Source: Macrostomum lignano (lineage: Eukaryota). Taken from it: DNA of 27,900 nt. Positions 19,676-27,900 of the stretch are shown here, piece by piece (within the stretch, counting starts at the first letter, position 1; each line of letters starts with the position of its first letter). The notes below the pieces were generated by a model. That model was not told where the DNA came from. It searched no databases and worked only from the letters and a program-made list of their open reading frames with translations. A program made the position numbers and the translations under genes. Location: contig NIVC01005046.1 of NCBI GenBank assembly GCA_002269645.1, forward strand, positions 1 to 27,900, written 5' to 3'.

Positions 19676-19980
19676 ATATTCCCAGCGCTCTGCAAGCTCT
19701 TATTAAAAAACTGGAAGAAACAACTAGCAGAAACAGCGACTCCAGGCTCCAGGAGAATTGCACAGCTGGTTCGAGTTATACACGCCAGGTAGCAGCTCCG
19801 AGCCAACCCAATGCGCAGAGCTCCAATAGCGGAAGTTCTGCCAGCCAATCCACACGGATTAAAAAAAGGGCCACAGACTGTGGAGACAAAAAAGGAGTCA
19901 AAAGGAGTCAAGAAAGACCTCAGGAGTCAAAAAAAGCTCAGAATCGGTTTCAAGCACTGTCTGACGATGCTGAAGGCTAA
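19676..19980 (+). CDS. Exon 4: low-complexity S/Q/K-rich tail, stop TAA at 19978-19980
   Basis: TACTAAA branch-like motif near 19650 and acceptor TATTTCCAG ending at 19675; phase 1 matches the 19335 donor and the frame of track ORF 19636-19980. Confidence 0.7.
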
Positions 19981-21164
19981 CACATATTTATCATTCATTT
20001 TTCACGACTTTATTTAATCAGATTTTTCAATTAAGTTCTATAAATTTGCTCTTTTAATTTTTGCACTCTGCAGTTATTCAAAATGTGTGTGTACTTCGGG
20101 TATTAGTCATTAACAATGTCACCGTCCTCGTTAAGTAACTAGAGAGAAAACTGACAATTAAGTCAATGAATCCATTAGTATCAATGAGCCGATGGCAATT
20201 CAGCTTCGGGGCTTAATAATAGTAATATTTGCAGGAGGGCTGTGGGCCTTTGACACATCATTTTGTGACGTCAGGCAGTGTACATTCTCTCTGTGCCTTG
20301 GAGGTTGGCCCTCATGAGCGTAAATTGCACGAAAAGCCCCCAAATCTTCTCTCCACGGCTGCGCCTCAAATTAGTGTGGCCTCTCCGCGGAATCGAGCTC
20401 AGGGACGGTGGTGCGAGAGGCAAAACGCATTAGACCGTTCTGCCACTCATCCCCAGCGTCGGGACTTAGCTGAAACTCACTCTGCGAAGAAGAGGTAGCA
20501 GAGTTTCACTTATGACACACCTGAAGTGCATATCGCTTTAGAAATTCACTTCTCTTTGAAACATAAGAACACTTGAGAATAAGAATCATTTGGTTATCAT
20601 GCTTTATTATTATAACACGTAGCTAGCCGCGTAGTGTAATTTCGTTAATTGCTAACTGTTCTCTTAACTTGACATGGTACATGATCATATATTTCCCGAC
20701 TGTGCTTTACTTACTCGCTTGAGTATTTGATTTGCCAGGTGAAGTGAAACGAAAGCAGTGGATATATCTTGGGCTGTTTTCTGCTGCTCTTTGCATTTGA
20801 TTTGAGTAAACTAACCACTGAGTACTTACTAAGTACGCTCGTACTAAGAAATCAGTTTGTTTATTACCTTAAAATGCGATATAATACCATTATCATGAAA
20901 TTCTATTTAGCAAACCTTTTTTGCCGCAGTAGTACTGACTTTTTATTTTAGCTGCGATTCATAACGTACGAAATGTGATATTATTATAATATCGTATATT
21001 ACTCTTGCAGAAATTTTTCTATTGATTTTTTAACCCCAATAAATATTAATATATTAATTTGCGTTTGAAAAAAGTTAACATTTTTCGACCATTTGTTATC
21101 AAAACGTAAATTGTTGAAATGTTTTTTTGCCTTCGCATACAGTTTACTGTTGTGCATTCTGCAC

Positions 21165-21845
21165 TGGCGGCACTGGCGTGGTGGTGCTGGTAGTGCTGGT
21201 GGTAGTGATGGTGCTGGTGCTGGTATTAGGGGTTGTGCTGGTGGTGCTAGTAATGGTGCTGGTGGTGCTGGGTAGTGCTAGTGCTGGTGGTAGTGGTGGT
21301 GGTGTTGGTGGTAGTGCTGGTGGTGTGGTGGTTAGTGCTGGTGGTGCTGGTGGTTAGTGCTGGTGGTGCTGGTGGTAGTGCTGGTGGTGCTGGTGGTTAG
21401 TGCTGGTGGTGCTGGTGGTTAGTGCTGGTGGTGCTGGTGTTAGTGCTGGTGGTGCTGGTGGTAGTGCTGGTGGTGCTGGTGGTTAGTGCTGGTGATGCTG
21501 GTGGTTAGTGCTGGTGGTGCTGGTGGTTAGTGCTGGTGGTGCTGGTGGTTAGTGCTGGTGATGCTGGTGGTTAGTGCTGGTGATGCTGGTGGTTAGTGCT
21601 GGTGGTGCTGGTGGTAGTGCTGGTGGTGCTGGTGGTTAGTGCTGGTGATGCTGGTGGTTAGTGCTGGTGGTGCTGGTGGTTAGTGCTGGTGGTGCTGGTG
21701 GTTAGTGCTGGTGATGCTCGTGGTTAGTGCTGGTGGTGCTGGTGGTTAGTGCTGGTGGTGCTGGTGGTTAGTGCTGGTGGTTAGTGCTGGTGGTGTTGGT
21801 GGCGCAGCTGGTGGTTATAGTGCTGGTGGTGCTGGTGCTGGTGCC
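21165..21845. repeat. GGT/GCT-rich minisatellite with a homogeneous 22-bp core (GTTAGTGCTGGTGGTGCTGGTG) and degenerate triplet-like flanks
   Basis: Direct periodicity. Confidence 0.95.
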
Positions 21846-22984
21846 TTGCGAGCAAGTGGCGTTGGGTTCTAGCCCAGTACGGTGACGATAGCCTTTAGAC
21901 CCGGCCCGTGCGGAGCTGGGCGAGAAAAAGCAGCGGCGGCTTGGCTGTTGGTCTTGTTCGGACGCGTGCCTCTGCTGGCTTTGCGGTGTGGGTTGCGCTG
22001 TGGGGGTCAGAGGCGTACGGGCGGTCAGGCTGAGCGTGCTGCCTGGAGGCTCACTGCCCAGGAGGTAATATCCAGGAGGTCGCGCCAGCTCCCGGGTTTC
22101 TTGTCAGTTGTCACTGAGCCGAAACTCGTAATCGTTGTATTTATCTATTAATAGTTACTTATAAATATTCCATTTTTGGTGTGTGCCAGAATAATCTCAA
22201 AGCAGTTTTTCAGCATTTGCAACGACATCAGAAATATAGCAGCTCATGGCAGCTTTTCAATTACTCTGCTATTATTCTCATATCAGCTAAGACACAATCT
22301 CAGGCCGCTGCTTGTAGTCTCAGACTGAATGAGTTGATGAATGCAAGGAGGCGACGAGTAAATTAATATTCAAATCATTAGATCATCTGTGGTCTCCAGA
22401 CACTTCAGCGAACATGTTTTTCAATTTTGTTTTGAAAGCCAGCTTGTCTTTAGTTAACTTCTTCTAAGCCCAGCCAGTCACGAAAAGCAAAACGTTTTGA
22501 CCATAGAGCATTTCCTAAGTTTTTATTTAAATTACCGTGTCTCATTGGAATGACAGTTAAACCCCTTAAAGTTGCATTGCCAGGCCAGGCTGTTGTGCTA
22601 TGCAAAAATTGCTGTCAATGCAAAACTCGGAAACATATCAATTGAGTCCTGTCAGTTCAATAAGCATTCTGTTTTTAGGCGTCGAATCGCGGCGCAGAGC
22701 AAAGCGTGAATTCAAACTGACAGCTCGCTATTTCATTATTCCCAAACCAAAAGTAAAATCAAGAAAAAACTTCAAACCTAATATGAAAATATCTATAAAT
22801 ACGTCTTGACTCATCTAACACATGAACCACTAGATGTACAGCAGTAGGAAAACTCCAGTCCATGGACTCAGGGCAAAAATTAAGCTAACCTTAACCTAAA
22901 AAGCATACGCGACTGTAAAAAGTTGTGTCTAGCATAAAAGTGCAATATTCGAAGGCGCAAGACAGGCAGGCTTTAGGAAAAAAT

Positions 22985-23157
22985 TATGGATTGGTTGCGT
23001 ACAGCTGTTCAGTCCGTGGACTGGGGGGACGCCACACCCATCTTAAATTATCCCAGCTAATGCTGGTACCCATTTAACAGATGGGTGAACTGAAGCAATG
23101 AAGAGTTAAGTGTCTTGCTTAAGAACACAATTCGAGTCTGGAATCGAACCCCGACCT
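22985..23157 (-). mobile_element. 5'-truncated tRNA-derived SINE with a CORE-like central domain
   Basis: The minus strand shows a B-box GGTTCGATTCC (23150-23140) followed by AAGCAAGACACTTAACTCTTCATTGCTTCAGTTCACCCATCTGTTAAATGGG. This resembles the CORE consensus as recalled (GGGCAAGTCACTTAACCTCTCTGAGCCTCAGTTTCCTCATCTGTAAAATGGG). No A-box remains; the 3' boundary is approximate. Confidence 0.7.
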
Positions 23158-26100
23158 AAGGGCTAAAACACCAACAGTGTACATTCAAGTCACGATAGAG
23201 CAGAGACGTGCAAAGAGCGTGAGACCAGACACAGGGCGCACGCACAGGGTTAAAATCACAAACGATACGCAGAGTAAAAGCGCACGCCCAACCCCCAGGC
23301 ACCAGGCCCAACACTGCCCCCGCAAAAGCAAACGAAGACTGAAACCAGTAGAAAAAAATCAGAGTCAAGTACAGTCACAAAGAGTCACTAGTCTTTATAG
23401 CAGACCGGCTGGCGCGGCCGAAGCTCGTACGGTTCCCTCCGGCCGCTGGTCAGGGGCGCTGCCGTTGGTTCCGGATCAGAGAGTTGCTCAACCTTGGCGT
23501 CAGGAAGCTGCTCCCGCAACTCCGACTCAGGTTCGGCCCCCTAAAGCGACCCAGGCGCACTCATCCGGCCGGTTCACTGATTCGAGTGCGCCATGCAGCC
23601 GCAGGCCGCCGTCCGATTGGTCCGCAGGGGCTACCAGCGCCGTGTTCGGCCCTGCTGCACCACGTACTTGGCCGGAACCGGCGAGCATCCCGGACGCATC
23701 CTCAGCAAGATTGGATCGCCCACCTGCTCAGTCATGTTTAGGCGACGACCCCACATCAGAATGTCCGGAGATGCCGCTCGATTTCCACTGGGCCGGCTGG
23801 TCCTGATCGTCAGCAGCAGTTTCTGCAGAAAGTGGTCGAACGGCACCATTATTGTCCACGCCTTGAGTCCATCCTTGATGATCCTCACCAGCCTTTTTGT
23901 CTGACCGTTCGAGACCGGATGGAGTGTGCAGCTCCTGGAACCCGATGCTGTGCAGCCACTGGGACACTCTCTCTGACTTGAACTCCGGCGCATTGTCCGA
24001 CATCAGCGTCCGAGGCACTCCGTTCCTGGCGAACACCGCTCTCAGAACCCACAGGACACTGTCCGCAGTTCGGTCTGGCACCTGGATGGCCTCAGGCCAC
24101 CCCGAGTAGGAGTCCGACAGCAGCAGTAGCAGGCCGACTCCAGATATCTCACAATGGTCCATGTGAACCGGGGACCACGGCTCACTCTCTGCTGGCCAGG
24201 TGTCGATTCTCCGCTGCAGGACTGGCCGAGTTTCTGAGCACTGCTGGCAGCGCTCCACAAAGCTGCGAACATCGCGATCGAGACCCGGCCACCAGAACTC
24301 CTTGGAGATGTGCGCCTTGGTGTTGTCGGCACTCGGATGCACCTCGTCGTGCGCCACCTCCAGAATGCGCCTGCGGAGATCAGGTGGCGGCACAATTCTG
24401 GTTCCGTGGATCACCAGACCATCTTCCACCGACAGCGCCTCCCGGCACGCTTTGTACGGCCTCTCCACCTTCGACACCTGGCCCCACCGGCCCGTTCGGA
24501 TCCTCTGCTGCAGCCGCTTCATCAACGCGCACATCCTGGTTCCGTCACGAAGATCCTGCAGAGTCATCAGAGCTCCTTCTGACACGACCTCTTCATACTC
24601 CAGCTGGTGCACAGCGTCACTCGGAGGGTCTTGGGCAGCAAAACTCAAAGGAGACAAGGCATCCGCATCCACCATCAGTCTTCCTGGCACATACTCCACC
24701 TCGTAGTCAAAAGCAGATAGTCGCAGTGCCCAGCGAGTTAGTCTTGCCGACACTGTTTTAGGAAGATCCTTGCTGGGATTGAAGATGTACTTCAGTGGTT
24801 CGTGGTCAGTCTGCAGCGTGAACCTCTTCCCCAGAAGCATCTTGTGGGCTCGCTCCACCGCCCAAACAATGGCCAGTGCCTCCCTCTCAATGTTGGAGTA
24901 ATTGGCCTCAGACTTGGTCAGCGCCCGAGAGAGGTACATGACTGGGTGTCCTGACTGCACCAGCACAGCGCCCAGCGACTGCTCGCTAGCATCCACCCGC
25001 AGACACACCGGCGAGTTGACGTCAAACGGTTTCACACACGGATTCGAGCTCAGGCTCTGCTTCACATTGGTGAACGCTGCCTCGGCAGCCGCACTCCAGT
25101 CAAACACACGGTCCGCTCGACGAAGTTCCTGCAGAGGCCGACACTTCTCAGCAAAGTTGGGAACCAATCGACCGTAGAACTGCGCAAGTCCCAGAAACCG
25201 CTCGAGATCCTTCTTGCTTTTCGGAGCCTCCACATCCTGAATCTTCTGCACCATTCCCGGATCCGGCTTGATCCCCTCTTCATCGATGATGTGGCCCAGG
25301 AACTTCAAGATAATTGGCCTCCAAAATGCACTTCGCTTCGTTGATTTTCCCATTAGCCGTCCTCAGCTTGTCCAGCACCTTCTCTCTGATATTCTGCAGC
25401 TCCGCTTTCGACACCGCTCCCATGAGTACATCGTCCTGGTGCACGATGACACTTGGGTGCTCACCCAGCAGCGAGCTGAGCAGATCCCGGCCGAGCAACC
25501 CGAACTTCTGCTCGCATTCGATGACGGGCAGCTCCGCCGCAGCGAAGCGGCCATCAGGGCCGCCAGTCTCCACCAGGCACTCCAGGATGCCGAGCTGCTT
25601 CATTACGTGCCCGTCGTTGGCCAGCATCCGAGACTTGGGCGACTTCAGGGGCGGCCTGCCGAGTTCTTCCCAGATCTTTCTCGAGATCAGTGAGCACGAG
25701 GCTCCGCTGTCCTTTTCCATTTTGACCTGCCTTCTGTTGATTTTCACATCACAGAATGCAGCACGGGTGCCCGCACCGCAGTAGAAAACCGGCTCGTCTC
25801 TGGTCACGGCTGAGTCAGAGTGCTTGGATTCTTTGGGTGCGACAAAGTGGGTCCTGGCACTCCGGCAGACCTTCGCGAAGTGGCCAGTCTTGCCGCACTT
25901 GTGGCACGTAACCTTCAGAGCCCGGCAGTCTGTCGGGTCGGCGATGTGGCGCCTGGCCGCATCGCTGGCAGCTCTGGCCTCCACTGGCCCTGGGCCTCAC
26001 CATCTCCGCCGCATTCACGCTGTTGGCACCTGCAGAACTTTCTTCTGGCACCTCCTGGCTAGCGGGCAGCGCCTGATGCACCGCCGAGTCCACTTCAGCT

Positions 26101-26923
26101 TGGTCGGAGGCGGTCAGTTGCCCAGACGATAATTTGCTGACCATCTGAAGTTGCTGCACGTACTCGTGATCTGGCTCACAGAGAGCTCTGCCGAGACTTC
26201 GCGCTCGAGGACCTTGCTCCGAACCTCCTGGTTGCTGAGACCGGCGATGAGACGCATTTTGATCAGTTTCTCAGCTGGATCGACGTTCTCGCCCTTCAGC
26301 TTCTCGAATTCGCACACCTCCGCCTGCTCTCGAAGTCGGGCAGCGAAGCCCGCAACCGTTTCGCCCTTTCCTTGGCGCATGGACATGAAAACCGCTCGCT
26401 CGGCAATCAGCAGCCTCTTCTTGGGTTCCAGAAACCGTACGAGACACTCCTTGATTTCCGCCCACTTCATCTGCGAGAGCGGTTTGGGCGCGACCAGCTG
26501 CTTCACTTTGATGAGCTGTGCCACGCCAAGGCAGCCAAGGAAGGCATCGGTCAACGCCAGATTGCCGGCTGTGTGATCAGTGCGATCGTTGTCCTTTACT
26601 CCTTTTGACCGTGCCTGGGCGTCGAAGACCTCGATCCATGCCCGCAACTCTTCAATGTTGTTGAGAGGCAGTGGGTCTCGTAGCTTTATGGACATCTGAT
26701 GATTCCTGCTTGCGACGCCAAAATGTTGGTCAGTGCAAGTGGAGAGCAAAGAGTTTGCGAGGCGAAACGAAAGTGCCAAGGGCACTGACAAACGATACGA
26801 TTTATTATAAGCGAGGTTCAATAGCAGCCCCCCCAACCAAGGGCTAAAACACCAACAGTGTACATTCAAGTCACGATAGAGCGGAGACGTGCAAAGAGCG
26901 TGAGACCAGACAAAGGGCGCCAG
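23158..26923 (-). mobile_element. Decayed Ty3/Gypsy (Mag-like) LTR retrotransposon with both LTRs incomplete in this window
   Basis: 82-bp direct repeat 23158-23239 / 26839-26920 (2 mismatches). The 3' LTR starts TGTTGG at 23313 after PPT-like GCGGGGGCAG. The 5' LTR ends CCAACA at 26724, with AATAAA at 26805-26800. PBS TGGCGTCGCAAGCAGGAATC at 26720-26701. Confidence 0.9.
23631..26695 (-). pseudogene. Disrupted gag-pol of the second element
   Basis: ATG at 26695. Knuckles CQRCGQAPH.. and CHKCGKTGHFAKVC; protease DSGASCS...LLGRDLL fused directly to RT motif C (IVHQDD); RNase H VDAS/IEREAL/TDHEPL; integrase HHCC, MDH, SDNAP, SNGQTKR. At least four frame breaks between track ORFs. Confidence 0.92.
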
Positions 26924-27900
26924 GGCCCGTGCTATAGAATTAAGAGCTAGGAGCTAGGAGCTAGGAGTGCATGAATTCTGTGTGCTATAGATTTCAGGAG
27001 TCAAAGAGTTAGGAGCTAGGAGTTGTTCTCAGGAGCGCAGCTGAGGAGTGAGGTGGGTCCTAGGAGTGTTGCGCAATGGTTGAGGAGTCAGAAAATTTGC
27101 GTGCTATATCAAACTCCTAAGTGCACACTCCTTAAGGAGTGTACACTGACGAACCAAGAATGCAAGTCGCACAAAAGATAGCTTTTGTAAAGGCCATCGC
27201 GGCGCGCAAGATGTGCTCTTTGGTGCATTTTCAACAACTAATAACCAAAAATAGCAAGATAGAAATGTGGAAAAATCTGATATCTGAATGTCGTCAGCAG
27301 CTCGGCTTCGATCCGAGGATATCAGCTCGGCTTCGTGCGGGATAAGGTGTGGGGCAACATGAAGAGCAATGTGCTGGTAAGTCGAAGCTTGTACTCTTAT
27401 CGCTTTATCTTTCAATGTAGATGCAGATGTAAGACTACAGTATGAGCCAAATTGCTAGAAAATTTTATTCGAAAATGCATATCGTTGCAGAAGAATTAAT
27501 TCCATACAGTATGGATTTTTAAGATTTTTTAGTGAATTTATTCCGCACTTTATAATTTACTACTTTTCATAATTTGCTCCAGATGAAGCGGGACAAGCTG
27601 AGACAGACAGGTGCCGAAGGTACCCTTGCTGCTAAATGGACTGAACTGGAGGCCTGCATTCTTGACGTTCTTGGTCGCGACTCGCCTGCAGTTGAAGGAC
27701 TAGAGATTCCAGAGAGCCCTGCTGAACAGTTGACCATGCAGCAGCAACGGCAGCAACAAGAGGCGACAACAAGAGCAACAGCAGCAGCAAATCAATTCAG
27801 GCTCTTCGACACAAAATCTATTGATGACTGATCGCACCGGCTGCAGTAGGACATTGAAGCGACAGCGGCAAGAACTAGAATGGGAACGAGCAAGTTCGTG
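26924..27900 (+). mobile_element. Left end of a PIF/Harbinger-like DNA transposon (continues beyond the window)
   Basis: LTR homology stops at CAG (26921-26923; CWG-type TSD candidate), followed by GGCCCGTGCTATAG (TIR candidate), many subterminal AGGAG repeats, and a Myb/SANT-like gene of the kind carried by Harbingers. No transposase or second TIR is visible. Confidence 0.6.
27160..27831 (+). CDS. Myb/SANT-like DNA-binding protein (Harbinger ORF type), two exons, several small indels
   Basis: Across frames: QKIAFVKAIAARK-DVLFGAFSTT-ITKNSKIEMWKNL...FVRDKVWGNMKSNVL|MKRDKLRQTGAEG...WTELEACILDVLGRDSPAVEGL. Intron 27377 (GTAAGT) to 27582 (TTGCTCCAG), phase 0. Confidence 0.7.

Noticed and set aside
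14886-19980. Plain ZC3H7/RoXaN or TTC22 orthologue
   Set aside because: ZC3H7 has only a few N-terminal TPRs and, as recalled, neither the IFIT-type CHxxW/PENPE/KH..H.GR motifs nor a HEPN-like segment. Not fully excluded without a profile search.
23158-26920. Circularly permuted one-LTR circle or tandem elements sharing an LTR, taking GCCCCCCC at 26827 as a PPT
   Set aside because: A simpler reading fits: TGTTGG...CCAACA termini, a PPT at 23314-23323 and AATAAA in the distal part define one ~270-bp LTR of which each end retains an overlapping piece.

Overview
Eukaryotic (animal) genomic DNA; minisatellite-filled introns suggest a Macrostomum-like flatworm, but that is only inference. In order: (1) the 3' part of an AMP deaminase gene (exons 730-1262, 1949-2234, 3785-4252, possible last exon from 4966), with a different minisatellite in each intron. 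(2) More tandem and low-complexity DNA. (3) A complete, very young Ty3/Gypsy (Mag-like) LTR retrotransposon at 9069-14118 with identical 200-bp LTRs and an AGACT target-site duplication. (4) The main candidate: ORFs listed separately in the track splice in frame (four exons, 14886-19980, about 1430 aa) into one protein with an IFIT-like TPR region, a HEPN-like putative RNase domain and two ZC3H7/RoXaN-type zinc-finger modules, resembling an RNA sensor-nuclease fusion. (5) A 22-bp minisatellite. (6) A nest of a truncated CORE-type SINE, a decayed minus-strand Mag-like element and a PIF/Harbinger-like transposon end inserted in that element's 5' LTR. Scattered 1-nt indels in otherwise intact genes suggest long-read consensus errors. 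All family assignments come from motifs recalled from memory; no database search was run.
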